Shown here: positions 17,636-27,419 of the stretch, one piece after another
Numbering within the stretch: the first letter of the stretch is position 1
Layout: every line of letters begins with the position of its first letter
NCBI GenBank assembly: GCA_009786185.1
Contig: WQTS01000139.1
Location: 6,802 to 70,801 of the forward strand
Length of the DNA stretch: 64,000 nt
Reading direction: 5' to 3'
Source: Bacteroidota bacterium
GTDB lineage: Bacteria; Bacteroidota; Bacteroidia; Bacteroidales; WCHB1-69
Notes under the pieces: model-generated
What the model was told of the DNA's origin: nothing
Databases searched by the model: none
Seen by the model: only the letters and a program-made list of their open reading frames with translations
Program-made: the position numbers and the translations under genes

Positions 17636-18664
17636 ATGAAAAAAAATACACTATTAAGCCTCGTGCTGATGTTTGCAGGATTTATAGCCACAGCACAAAA
17701 CAATAGAATGATGCCTCATCATTTTTCCTCACAACACCCACAACTGGAATACTCGGATTTTGACTATTCTGATATGAAAAATCCCTATCTTCTATTGCAC
17801 AAAGCCAAATCAGGCAAAGATTGGTGGCAACCAGATACGGTATATGTGTATCCTCCCAATTCTGAACAGCCATCCCATCGAGAAATATTTTCTTATAATG
17901 CACAGGAATTGCTAACAGAATATTTACAGCAAAGCTGGCAAAATAACAATTGGGTGAACGACCGGAAAGATTTCTATACCTACGATACGCAGAATAAGCC
18001 TCTAACACGATTATCCCAAAGCTGGTATGGCACTAACTGGGTAAATAACTTTAGAAATATTTATACTTATGATGCACAGAATAACTTGATAACAGATTTA
18101 TTCCAAGGATGGTATGGCAATTGGGTGAATAGCTGGAGAGATACTTATACCTACGATGCGCAGAATAACTTACTAACAGAATTAGGCGAAACATGGCAAA
18201 CTGACAATTGGATGAATAGCGACAAAGGTATGTGGACTTATGATGAAAATAATAATAGTACCACAGTAGAATATTGGGTTTGGCAAGATGAGGATTGGCA
18301 GCAAGGTACAGTCCCTCTAACCTTATTCTACAACAATATGCAAAGTTATATCCGGGCATACAGTTCAGGGCATAAACGCACCGCCACCTACTTCAAATTA
18401 ATGACAAACATTGCCGAAAACGCCGCCGTCAATATTACGGTTTATCCAAACCCAACGAACGGACAATTACAAGTGAAGAGTTATGAGTTACAAGTTACAA
18501 GTATTTCCTTTTTCGATATTTACGGTAGAAGTATACAGACGCCGTCTATGTCGTTATCGTCTCCCGAAACTGTAATAGACCTTTCACATTTGCTGAGCGG
18601 TCTTTACTTTGTGAGAATATCCACCACTGTAGGAGAAATAGTTAAAAAGATATTGAAAGAGTAG
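17636..18664 (+). CDS. T9SS cargo protein with YD-like repeats
   Basis: Signal peptide. Repeated NWVN..YTYDAQNNLIT units. Type-A T9SS CTD (VYPNPTNGQLQV...FFDIYGRS...LSGLYFVRI...KKILKE). Confidence 0.75.
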   Translation: MKKNTLLSLVLMFAGFIATAQNNRMMPHHFSSQHPQLEYSDFDYSDMKNPYLLLHKAKSGKDWWQPDTVYVYPPNSEQPSHREIFSYNAQELLTEYLQQSWQNNNWVNDRKDFYTYDTQNKPLTRLSQSWYGTNWVNNFRNIYTYDAQNNLITDLFQGWYGNWVNSWRDTYTYDAQNNLLTELGETWQTDNWMNSDKGMWTYDENNNSTTVEYWVWQDEDWQQGTVPLTLFYNNMQSYIRAYSSGHKRTATYFKLMTNIAENAAVNITVYPNPTNGQLQVKSYELQVTSISFFDIYGRSIQTPSMSLSSPETVIDLSHLLSGLYFVRISTTVGEIVKKILKE

Positions 18665-18751
18665 TGGAGGGCGCTTAGCTGCATGAGCAAGGTCGTGTTG
18701 CCAACACGTTGTGTGCAATTGCCGGACAAACAATCTCTAAATTATAACCCC

Positions 18752-21355
18752 ATGATAAAAATAAAAATTTGTGTTAGTGTTTTCTTACTACTGTGTTTCA
18801 TTTTTGAAACAACAAATGCGCAACCAACCGGCAACACAGAACAGGCAACCGTAACCTACAACCTCACAGCAACACAGAACATTGCCGAACATGATATTCT
18901 ACAAATAATTACTTGTTACCCAAGTGCAATTCTTGATGTTTTTGCTAATGATGTGGTGATACCCTGCACCCGCATCGAAATAGAATTGACCATAACAAGC
19001 GGTTCCAAAATAGGCGCAACGACTTCAGTTGATAGCGATAAAAATATTGTCTATACATATCCCGCCGGTTTTACCGGTCGTGATACATTGGAATACGCGA
19101 TAGTATGCAAAAATGTGGTTTATACGGCGAATGTGTTTATTACGGTGGTTGAATGTCCGGATAATATTGATGAGGTAGATTGTTACGGAGATCCGCAACA
19201 AACAACTTGGGGAGTTCGACTTATTCCTCACAGTTTACCAACAAATTACTCTACCACCCACAATGTTTTGGTTGGCGACGTTTATAATGATGGAAAACCG
19301 GCAATAGTAGCGCTTCGTGGAGCAAACGGCAATAACTCTCCAACTACTATATCTATTATAGACGGACAAACGCTTACGGAGAGAACAAGTTTTTCTGCTG
19401 CTAATTCGTTTTCGGGAGACATCCCGTTGGCAGCTATCGGAAGAATAAAATATTCTGCAACTGTTGATACTACGCTGATATTCTTTAAAACGGGTACCAC
19501 TTTATATGCTTATAATGCCTACGGGAATACGGTATATACTGCTTCGGGTTTTATAAACAATGGCACTTCGTTTCAATTAATTGATTTAGACGGGGATGGA
19601 TATTCGGAAATAGTCATAGGAAATCGGGTATATGCAGCAGAAAACGGAGCATTATTGTGTTCTGCAGGGACAAACCAAGGCATTATACGCGGATGGGATG
19701 CCAGAGCTGATTTAGTTCAAACCAGTGCAGGCGATCTTCTGGGTAATGGCAAAAAACAGGTAGCTGTTGGAAACACGATTTACGACGTAACAATCAATAA
19801 CCGTAATGCAGGCGGCGGAACAATGACGATAGCCCGAACTTTTACGCCGCAACTTTGGAACGGGACTATTATTTCAAGCACCGATGGCGCCACGCAATTG
19901 GTAGATATGGATTTAGACGGACATTTAGATGTTGTTGTAAGTGTAAATGTGGGTACAACCTGTTATTTCTATGTTTATTCGCCTTTTAAAAATCAAATCA
20001 TAGCTTCTATCCAGATGCCTCAAGCTGTAGCCAAACGGAGCATGCCATTCATTAGTAATATAGCCGGAAATGAGAGTCCTGAAATTATTTTTATTCATGG
20101 AGCTACTGCCGGCGAAGGTACTACAGGCTTGTTTATTACAGCTTTACAGTATAATCCTAACTCAATAACCGGGCAGTTAGAGATTTTGTGGCAAATACCA
20201 CACGACGATGCCTCAGGATGCACAGGCATTACAGCTTTCGATTTTAATCAAGACGGACTTTCCGAGTTGGTTTATCGTGACGAAAAAAATCTTCGAATTA
20301 TTAACGGCAGCGGTAAAAGCCATATTACAGGTAATGACACTATACCTTTTTATAATTTGTTCATATACGCCTCAACATCTACCACCGGGCGAGAATATCC
20401 GGTAATTGCCGATATAGACGGCGATGGCGAAGCTGAAATAATTATCGCAGGAGGAGATGTGGGTAGACCGACAATGGGACCTTTACAAATATTTAAGTCA
20501 AATAGCTCTCTTTGGGCGCCTGCCCGAAAAGTTTGGAATCAATATGCTTATCAGGCAGTAGGTGTAAACGAAGATTTAACAATTCCCCGCTATCAAATGA
20601 ATCCGGCAACGCAATTCCCAAATGGAAAACAGCCTTTTAATAACTTTTTGCAACAGCAAACACAGTTAAATACAATTGGTAACCTTTATTGGCCCCTGGC
20701 AAATATCGTATTTGCAGAGACTCCCGAAGCCACATCAACGTGCGACTCGATAGTTTTTACCGGCTGTATTACCAACGTGGGCGATGCTGCTTTACAGCAA
20801 CCTATTTATGTAACCTTCTACAAAAACGATACCATTGCAACCCATATCATCGCCATGGATTCTATCCAAAATATTTTGAGAGTTGACAGTACATTATGCT
20901 TCGAACTCACAATTAATAATATAAGCGACCATGCCCCCTTTACGAGTATTTGGATCAGTATCAATGACCGCAACGGCAACTATCCTTATCAAGCGCAATG
21001 TGAGGTTGATGGTAGGCGCGAAATTGCTGTAAAGGCATGTGACTTAACTGCTGAGTTTTACGCAAACGATGTACATCACTTAGTTTTGCAAGATACAACT
21101 TTCTGTGCAAGTTATGTGGGTTTCCGCGCTGAAACAGGGATGCTGCACGAAGAACCGGGCAGATTGATGTGGTATATTGAGGGTACAGAGGAATTTTCAG
21201 CACGAGATCAAACAGAATGGGGTAGGAATTTTCCCAACGGAAATTATCAAGTTAAGATGTGGGTACGTTTTAAGAACGGGGAAACAGAAACTATCATAAG
21301 TACCTTAAAGGTTCATGCCGGTTGGATTAAGATTAGGAATATTCGGCAGGAATGA
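18752..21355 (+). CDS. Secreted FG-GAP/VCBS-repeat protein with C-terminal WIKIRNIRQE module
   Basis: Signal peptide from the internal ATG (MIKIKICVSVFLLLCFIFETTNAQ). Ca-binding FG-GAP-like motifs DLDGDGYSEIVIGN, DMDLDGHLDVVV, DFNQDGLSELVYRD and DIDGDGEAEIIIAG. The last roughly 100 aa are homologous to the end of 14786..16717. Confidence 0.7.
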   Translation: MIKIKICVSVFLLLCFIFETTNAQPTGNTEQATVTYNLTATQNIAEHDILQIITCYPSAILDVFANDVVIPCTRIEIELTITSGSKIGATTSVDSDKNIVYTYPAGFTGRDTLEYAIVCKNVVYTANVFITVVECPDNIDEVDCYGDPQQTTWGVRLIPHSLPTNYSTTHNVLVGDVYNDGKPAIVALRGANGNNSPTTISIIDGQTLTERTSFSAANSFSGDIPLAAIGRIKYSATVDTTLIFFKTGTTLYAYNAYGNTVYTASGFINNGTSFQLIDLDGDGYSEIVIGNRVYAAENGALLCSAGTNQGIIRGWDARADLVQTSAGDLLGNGKKQVAVGNTIYDVTINNRNAGGGTMTIARTFTPQLWNGTIISSTDGATQLVDMDLDGHLDVVVSVNVGTTCYFYVYSPFKNQIIASIQMPQAVAKRSMPFISNIAGNESPEIIFIHGATAGEGTTGLFITALQYNPNSITGQLEILWQIPHDDASGCTGITAFDFNQDGLSELVYRDEKNLRIINGSGKSHITGNDTIPFYNLFIYASTSTTGREYPVIADIDGDGEAEIIIAGGDVGRPTMGPLQIFKSNSSLWAPARKVWNQYAYQAVGVNEDLTIPRYQMNPATQFPNGKQPFNNFLQQQTQLNTIGNLYWPLANIVFAETPEATSTCDSIVFTGCITNVGDAALQQPIYVTFYKNDTIATHIIAMDSIQNILRVDSTLCFELTINNISDHAPFTSIWISINDRNGNYPYQAQCEVDGRREIAVKACDLTAEFYANDVHHLVLQDTTFCASYVGFRAETGMLHEEPGRLMWYIEGTEEFSARDQTEWGRNFPNGNYQVKMWVRFKNGETETIISTLKVHAGWIKIRNIRQE

Positions 21356-21420
21356 AAGAGTAGTGTGAGGGCACAAAACGAACACTTAAATTATTTTTAA
21401 TGTTTATGATTTTCACCTCC

Positions 21421-21460
21421 AATTTAAACCTTAAATTTTAAATCTTTAAATTTTTAAATT
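21421..21460. repeat. AT-rich TAAATCTTTAAATTTTTAAAT-family repeat abutting a start codon
   Basis: nt 21439-21459 are identical to 58191-58211 (21 nt). It ends 1 nt before the ATG at 21461. Confidence 0.8.
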
Positions 21461-21934
21461 ATGAATATCCGTTTCGCCACAAAAGAAGACGTTCCCGCAA
21501 TACTCCACCTCATTAAAGCAATTGCAGATTACGAGAAACTATTACACGAAGTAACTGCCACAGAGGAAATTTTATATGATTCGCTGTTTGTGAAAAAGGC
21601 AGCGGAAGTATTATTGGGGGAATATGACGGAAAGATTATCGGATTTGCGCTTTTTTTCCACAACTTCTCTACATTTACCGGCAAACGCGGACTTTATTTG
21701 GAAGACCTGTTCGTTTTGCCCGAATACAGACATCAAGGATTTGGAAAACAATTCTTCTTCGAACTTATGCAGCTTGCCCAACAACGCGAATGCGGAAGAA
21801 TGGAGTGGATCTGCTTGGACTGGAATGCGCCGGCTATCCGGTTTTATACGGATTATCTCGGTGCAATTCCAATGGATGAATGGACAGTGTACCGGTTATC
21901 GGAGAAAAAAATCGCTGATTTCTTTCTCCGATAA
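21461..21934 (+). CDS. GNAT family N-acetyltransferase (diamine/spermidine acetyltransferase-like)
   Basis: GNAT motif A region LFVLPEYRHQGFGKQFF and the overall SSAT-like pattern. Confidence 0.8.
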   Translation: MNIRFATKEDVPAILHLIKAIADYEKLLHEVTATEEILYDSLFVKKAAEVLLGEYDGKIIGFALFFHNFSTFTGKRGLYLEDLFVLPEYRHQGFGKQFFFELMQLAQQRECGRMEWICLDWNAPAIRFYTDYLGAIPMDEWTVYRLSEKKIADFFLR

Positions 21935-21939
21935 CGGGG

Positions 21940-22329
21940 CTATTTCTCCGGACTTATGAACCTCAATGCTTCATCTAATTGCGCCGTTTCGAAATACTTT
22001 TCTTCAAAAGCTGCGTTTGCCAGATGAAGTGCTTTGTTCTCTAATTTTACAGCATCCTTGATAATGTCGGATTGAGCCACTACGGCGCATCGCCCTATCT
22101 TACTAAAATGCTTAAATCCCCACACTTCACCTTCCATTAAAGCTTTAAACTCCGTATGCTTAAGAATGGACAAATCTTTAACTTTGAGCAAAAGATTGAC
22201 ATGCTCATTGCCTTCGTTCAGCTTTTCTTCAAAAAGTTGCATCATCAATTGCGCATCTGCTTTTGTGAACGTATCGGTGAGTTCTACAGCAAGCGCGTTT
22301 CCTTTAAATGTTTTAATTTGAGTTAACAT
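21940..22329 (-). CDS. STAS/SpoIIAA-like domain protein
   Basis: Size and pattern (..VNLLLKVKDLSILKHTEFKALMEGEVWGFKHFSKIGRCAVV..) are typical of SpoIIAA-like/DUF3478 proteins. Confidence 0.55.
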   Translation of the reverse strand: MLTQIKTFKGNALAVELTDTFTKADAQLMMQLFEEKLNEGNEHVNLLLKVKDLSILKHTEFKALMEGEVWGFKHFSKIGRCAVVAQSDIIKDAVKLENKALHLANAAFEEKYFETAQLDEALRFISPEK

Positions 22330-22469
22330 AATGATAAAATTTAGGTAACTATATATAATTTTATAGAAAGTTTTGCAAAAGTAATATTCTATGTGAAGTT
22401 AGTATGTAGTTCCTTAAATTAATTATTTGAAAAAAACGACCCTATCTCCTGCTAATCCACAAAAATTAC

Positions 22470-22477
22470 TATTTTTG
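22470..22477 (+). promoter_or_regulatory. -7 box TAttTTTG upstream of tRNA-Arg
   Basis: Matches TAnnTTTG and lies 13 nt upstream of the tRNA 5-prime end. Confidence 0.5.
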
Positions 22478-22490
22478 CCGCCTCAAATGC

Positions 22491-22564
22491 GGTTCCGTAG
22501 CTCAACTGAATAGAGTATCTGACTACGGATCAGAAGGTTTCAGGTTTGAATCCTGACGGAATCA
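22491..22564 (+). tRNA. tRNA-Arg (anticodon ACG)
   Basis: Manual cloverleaf fold. Acceptor ggttccg/cggaatc, D stem gctc/gagt, anticodon stem tctga/tcaga with loop CT-ACG-GA, T stem tcagg/cctga with loop tttgaat. No encoded CCA. Confidence 0.9.
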
Positions 22565-22571
22565 CGGAGTT

Positions 22572-22608
22572 GAGGCTGCCTTAAAAACAAAAGCAGCCTC
22601 TTTTTTTT
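22572..22608 (+). terminator. Rho-independent terminator (hairpin gaggctgc/gcagcctc plus T8)
   Basis: 8-bp GC-rich stem followed by TTTTTTTT. It sits between the tRNA and the convergent permease gene. Confidence 0.8.
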
Positions 22609-22611
22609 GAG

Positions 22612-23832
22612 CTATACATCAAATCGTATCGCATCAATGGGCGAGATTCGTTTTGAAATATAATAAGCCGGTATGAGTAATGTAAGTAAACAAGCCGTAA
22701 AAACAAGCAAATTAACCCATAACAGTGTAAACAGATTGATTACTATGGGAATATAAGACACGTAATAGGTAGCAGGATCTAAAGGAATAATATGAAACGT
22801 CATTTGTAAAATGCCTATTCCAAGACCAATAATATTTCCCCAAAGTAAACCGCGCAAGATAAGCTGAGAAGCAATAATCAAAAATAGTTTAACCACCTGT
22901 TTATGATTCAATCCCATCGTTTTTAAAATGCCGATATTTTTTGTTTGCTCCAAAACGATAATAAAAAATGTGGAAATCATAGTAATGATGCAAACAAAAA
23001 TAGTGATGATGAGCAAAACGAGCACATTGGTATCGAAAAGCGCTAACCAATCAAAAATATTGGGATAAAGCTGCTTAATGGTTTCTGCTTTGAGTGAATA
23101 TGGAATGTTATTATGCACTTGTTGCCCTATGGCATCTAATTGATTGTAATCATTAATCAATATTTCGATGCCGCTTACTTGCGAAGGCTCCCAGTCGTTG
23201 AGCCTTTGCACGTGCCGCAAGTCGGTTAAAACAAAGCGTGCATCCATTTCGGGAAGTCCGGTTTCATAAATGCCTTCAACAATAAAACTACGTTGTCGCG
23301 GCGGTTCCTGCACAAAATAAGCACCCACTTTATCGCCTACCTGCAATTGTAATTTCGAAGCCAACGTTTTAGATACAAGGATGTTATTGCTAATAGAGTC
23401 GGATTGATAAACTAACGGATTTCCGGCGATAATATGTGTTTGAAACAGCTCCCACGAAAAAGTGGAATCAATTCCTTTTAATACAATGCCTTCTACTTGG
23501 TCTTGTGCTTTTAAAATCCCCACTTTGGTAGCATAAAACTGCATGTTTTTAATACGCGGATTTTTTGCTAACTCATCTATAAATGATTGGTTTCTATCGA
23601 ACGGCATTAAATCGAAGGAGTAATTTTGCTCTACGCTCGAAATGCGAATGTGTGCGCCGAGACTTACCATTTTGTCGCGTATCACTTTTTTATAACCGGC
23701 GGTGATAAAAAGCGCTAAAAGCATGAGCGTTACTCCTAAAGCTACTCCTGCAATGGTAATTTTCACAATAGGTTTGGAGTAATTGCTTTGCTCTGATTTT
23801 AGGAGTGTTTTAGAAAGAACAAATAGATTCAT
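22612..23832 (-). CDS. ABC transporter permease, LolC/LolE (FtsX-like) family
   Basis: N-terminal transmembrane helix, large periplasmic loop, and three C-terminal transmembrane helices with the FtsX-like pattern (NIGILKTMGLNHKQV...). Confidence 0.8.
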   Translation of the reverse strand: MNLFVLSKTLLKSEQSNYSKPIVKITIAGVALGVTLMLLALFITAGYKKVIRDKMVSLGAHIRISSVEQNYSFDLMPFDRNQSFIDELAKNPRIKNMQFYATKVGILKAQDQVEGIVLKGIDSTFSWELFQTHIIAGNPLVYQSDSISNNILVSKTLASKLQLQVGDKVGAYFVQEPPRQRSFIVEGIYETGLPEMDARFVLTDLRHVQRLNDWEPSQVSGIEILINDYNQLDAIGQQVHNNIPYSLKAETIKQLYPNIFDWLALFDTNVLVLLIITIFVCIITMISTFFIIVLEQTKNIGILKTMGLNHKQVVKLFLIIASQLILRGLLWGNIIGLGIGILQMTFHIIPLDPATYYVSYIPIVINLFTLLWVNLLVFTACLLTLLIPAYYISKRISPIDAIRFDV

Positions 23833-23866
23833 CGGCTTTTTTGCTGCAAATTAAGGATAATTTTTT

Positions 23867-26554
23867 CTAGTTTTTTAAGCTTTTCAACAACAACTCCCCT
23901 GTCCCAATCCGATAGCCCTCTGATTTGAATACAAGTTTTCCTTCTTTATTCACAATAAACACCAACGGATATTCTTCTCTAAATTCCTGATTGGTGGTAT
24001 TTAATACATAATTCATAAACATTGATTCCTTATCAATTTCGAAAATAGAGTTTACAGGTAAATTCCAACGTTTCGGGTTGAAATCGGCGGTATTTTTTTC
24101 GCCGGGAATCATAAATAAAATATTGCCTCCCCATTTATCAAAATCATTTTTTAATGCTGCCATATCGTTGAATAAGTGACGAGTAGGTTCGCGCGCGGGA
24201 TCAATAAAGCAAAGTATCAATTCTTTTTCCTGCATTAAGTCAATGAGCGCTAATGTGTGTTCCTTGCCGGAATACGGTGAGTTCACCTCAATTTCACCGT
24301 AAGTTTTATTTTGAGGAATTAGTTTGCGTAACGTAACGGTTTTGCTCACTGTTTTTCCGGGTTCAATATTGAAAAACTCTAATTGTGAAAGTGTTTCGCC
24401 GTCGCTATAACGATTTCCGGTAGAAAGCATGTAATAACCGGGTTCCAATTCTAATGTGGCAGGGAAAGCTGCTACCCGTGGATCATCTTGGTAATTAAAG
24501 GTTACAAAATCGCCGTCTGCGAATTTTGCGATGGTGTAGTGGGTCCAGTATTCGGGGGTTTTGGCGTTTTTGGGGAGGGTTAGGGTTAAATTTCCATATA
24601 AACTACCCCGTGACACCCCTTCAAAATTTGAAGGGGATTTAGTGCCTGCTACTTTCTCCTTTCTCCCTTCTTCCTCTAAATCCACCACATTCCATTTTTT
24701 ATTTTGCCATACGAATATTTGATTAGTAGCAGCGTCTAAATATGCCGGAATATCTAAGGCTCGGCAGGCTGCCACGAAGAAGATGTTTCGCGAATGTTCG
24801 TCTGTGAGTCTTAAATCGTAAACACCTTTGGGTGAGATGGAGGCACGAAAATAATTGTCGTCGGAGCGCAAACGAATATTTGCATCCATCCAATCCAGAA
24901 GTTGTTGAGAAGTTGCATTCTCTCCTAATTCTGCTTCCAAGTTATCGAGTAAATAATGACGCCACATGCGCAATCCTTCATTAGAAATCCGTGCAGGAAT
25001 TATTCCTTTTACATAAACATCGAAAGGATATTTTTTTGAATCAAATAAAGTAGTATGTTCCTGCAAAATATCAGCAGGTGCATCGCGCAGGTCTTTGTCG
25101 GAAAGTGCGTTTAAAAATTCATACACATATAATCCGGCTCTTTTTTTGCCGTTTTGTTCCACAAACTTTTTAATTTCCGCATAATTTCCTTCGCTTTTTT
25201 GAATGAAATACCATACTTGTTCCGGCGTAAGATTTTCTGTTTTAATGATTTTTGCGTCCTCTTCATTCATAAAAGTAGTCAGATAGGCATTACGCACAGA
25301 ATCATTATATTGTAAACGTCTATTATTGATGTCGTTTTGTTCTTTCGTTGCCACTTTCTTTTTGGTTCCGGCATCGGGCGGGAAAATGTCCAACCACTCC
25401 ACGTATTCTTTACCCTGCTCATTTTCAAGCCTTATGGTTAATTCATCATTTTTACGCACATCGAACTTTTGGTAGCCGTATTTTCTGTTTTTTGTTACCC
25501 ACACGAGCAAATCGCCATAACCGGTACTAAGAGTAGCAACACCGTCTTTATCAGTATTAGTGGAAGCAAGGGAATAATATTCAGCAAAATTATAGAGTTT
25601 GAATTTTACGATGGCATCTTGCACGGGCATATTATTTTTATCTACCACAATGACCTTTATCTTTTTAGTATTCGTATAATTAGAAGTTAGATTTACCACA
25701 GAATATAATTCGGTTTCCAAAGTACGTTCTCCAAAATCTCCGCTTTTCCCAAACACGTTGGTGTGCACCATCATAGCGCGAGTAACGGGAAGGGCAAACC
25801 AACCCATATCTAATTCAGGATCAGGCTCACAAGCACCCAGAAAGTGCCAATTGCCGTTCACCCAAACTTCTACCCAAGCGTGATTGCTATTGGTGTGCGC
25901 CCAACGCGGTGTGTAAATCTGACGTGCCGGAATCCCCATGGCGCGCATGGCAGTAACCGTTAAGGTAGATTCTTCGCCACAACGCCCAAAGCCGGTACGA
26001 ATGGTAGCCAACGGCGACGAAGTTCTCCTATCCGAAGGACGATACGTTACTTTTTCGTGACACCAGTGGTTAATTTCCAATGCAGCATCGTACATGCTCA
26101 TGTCTCTAATTCTGTCTTTTAACTCATTGAAAATCACCATCCGTGCCGTATCCAAATCTTCATTATTTACACGATATACCAGCACAAAATGGCGAAATAT
26201 ATCTTCGGGAATAGCTGCGCCCCAAGGCATTTCATCTTGTGCTTTGAATGCGTAACGTACTTGATCCAAAAAGAATTTGCCGTCATAATCAGCTAAATCG
26301 CTCAACGGCATATACGCATACAAAAATTGCAATGCTTCTTTCTCTTTGTGTGTCAGAGTTTTGTCATTAAAAACAAAAAACAACTCCGTAGTGCGATCTC
26401 CCGCCAGCACTTTTCGTGCCTCAAAATCGGCTTGCACCATTAAGCGATAAGATTTGTCGGTTAGAAAATGAGGATCTTTACCACAAGAAGAAAAAAGAAA
26501 AACGGCGATTGTTATAAAAAGCAACCGGCTCAATATTAGATTGTTTTGCTTCAT
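23867..26554 (-). CDS. Transglutaminase-like domain lipoprotein with thioredoxin-like C-terminal region; carries an in-frame repeat copy
   Basis: Lipobox (FSSC). Transglutaminase core GFGRCGEESTLTVTAMRAMGIPARQIYTPRW...NHAWVEVWVNGNWHFLGACEP (Cys/His/Asp). Confidence 0.75.
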   Translation of the reverse strand: MKQNNLILSRLLFITIAVFLFSSCGKDPHFLTDKSYRLMVQADFEARKVLAGDRTTELFFVFNDKTLTHKEKEALQFLYAYMPLSDLADYDGKFFLDQVRYAFKAQDEMPWGAAIPEDIFRHFVLVYRVNNEDLDTARMVIFNELKDRIRDMSMYDAALEINHWCHEKVTYRPSDRRTSSPLATIRTGFGRCGEESTLTVTAMRAMGIPARQIYTPRWAHTNSNHAWVEVWVNGNWHFLGACEPDPELDMGWFALPVTRAMMVHTNVFGKSGDFGERTLETELYSVVNLTSNYTNTKKIKVIVVDKNNMPVQDAIVKFKLYNFAEYYSLASTNTDKDGVATLSTGYGDLLVWVTKNRKYGYQKFDVRKNDELTIRLENEQGKEYVEWLDIFPPDAGTKKKVATKEQNDINNRRLQYNDSVRNAYLTTFMNEEDAKIIKTENLTPEQVWYFIQKSEGNYAEIKKFVEQNGKKRAGLYVYEFLNALSDKDLRDAPADILQEHTTLFDSKKYPFDVYVKGIIPARISNEGLRMWRHYLLDNLEAELGENATSQQLLDWMDANIRLRSDDNYFRASISPKGVYDLRLTDEHSRNIFFVAACRALDIPAYLDAATNQIFVWQNKKWNVVDLEEEGRKEKVAGTKSPSNFEGVSRGSLYGNLTLTLPKNAKTPEYWTHYTIAKFADGDFVTFNYQDDPRVAAFPATLELEPGYYMLSTGNRYSDGETLSQLEFFNIEPGKTVSKTVTLRKLIPQNKTYGEIEVNSPYSGKEHTLALIDLMQEKELILCFIDPAREPTRHLFNDMAALKNDFDKWGGNILFMIPGEKNTADFNPKRWNLPVNSIFEIDKESMFMNYVLNTTNQEFREEYPLVFIVNKEGKLVFKSEGYRIGTGELLLKSLKN
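24596..24677 (-). repeat. Composite repeat (GA-rich tract, CCCCTTCAAAATTTGAAGGGG hairpin, GGGGTAGTTTATAT) translated inside the transglutaminase-like CDS
   Basis: Its reverse complement aligns with 39536-39640: shared aatccccttcaaattttgaaggggtg ... ggggtagtttatat. Read in frame as ...EEEGRKEKVAGTKSPSNFEGVSRGSLYG... Confidence 0.85.
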
Positions 26555-27417
26555 TATAAGATATTTGACAACTGTTCCTTTATTTTTTCAGCTTCATCTT
26601 TCATCAAAACCACAATTTGCTGGATATTAAAATCATTAGCTTTTGAGCCAATCGTGTTAACTTCTCTACCCATCTCTTGAACGATGAAACTCAGTTTTTT
26701 ACCTGCATTATTTTCTTTCATCGTATCCATAAAATAGTCGCAATGTTTGCGCAAACGCACTTTTTCTTCGGTAATATCCAGTTTTTCAATATAAAAAAAC
26801 AATTCTTGTTCCAAACGATTGGGGTCATATTTAACCGGTAAATTTTCCAAATTTTCAATTAACTTTCTCTTCAATTCTACGATGCGGTTGCTCTCAAAAG
26901 GCGTAATTTTATCTATCATATCAGAAATCAAGCGTGTACGATAAATAAAATCTTCCGACAGAGATGCGCCTTCCTCTTTTCTAAAACGATTTACCGCATG
27001 GCAAGCAGTTTTTATTCCTTCAAAAATGGCATTCCATAAATTTTCGGAAACCTCTTCTTTGGGTGTAGAAACGACATCCGGCATACGCAACATTTGAGAA
27101 AAAATATCAGAATCTTTAGGGTTACTCACACTTTTTGACAACTCCGTCAATTTCTCAAAATAGGCTTTTGCCAAATTTTCATCAATACTAACCACGGGTT
27201 TATCCATTTTTTCAATATAGATATTCACATCTATTTTTCCTCGCTCCAACTCTTTGGTTACCAATGTCCTCATTTCATTCTCTTTTTCCCTTAGCAACGC
27301 CGAAATCCGCGTATTCAAATCTAATTGTTTGCCGTTTAACGATCGTATTTCAATCGCAATTGTTTTCCCTTCGCAGTTTACTGTGGCTTTTCCAAAGCCG
27401 GTCATTGATTTCATCAT
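26554..27417 (-). CDS. yicC: YicC/YloC family stress-induced protein
   Basis: SMTGFGKA start, and C-terminal GKKLSFIVQEMGREVNTIGSKAND typical of the YicC family. Confidence 0.9.
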   Translation of the reverse strand: MMKSMTGFGKATVNCEGKTIAIEIRSLNGKQLDLNTRISALLREKENEMRTLVTKELERGKIDVNIYIEKMDKPVVSIDENLAKAYFEKLTELSKSVSNPKDSDIFSQMLRMPDVVSTPKEEVSENLWNAIFEGIKTACHAVNRFRKEEGASLSEDFIYRTRLISDMIDKITPFESNRIVELKRKLIENLENLPVKYDPNRLEQELFFYIEKLDITEEKVRLRKHCDYFMDTMKENNAGKKLSFIVQEMGREVNTIGSKANDFNIQQIVVLMKDEAEKIKEQLSNIL

Positions 27418-27419
27418 AA

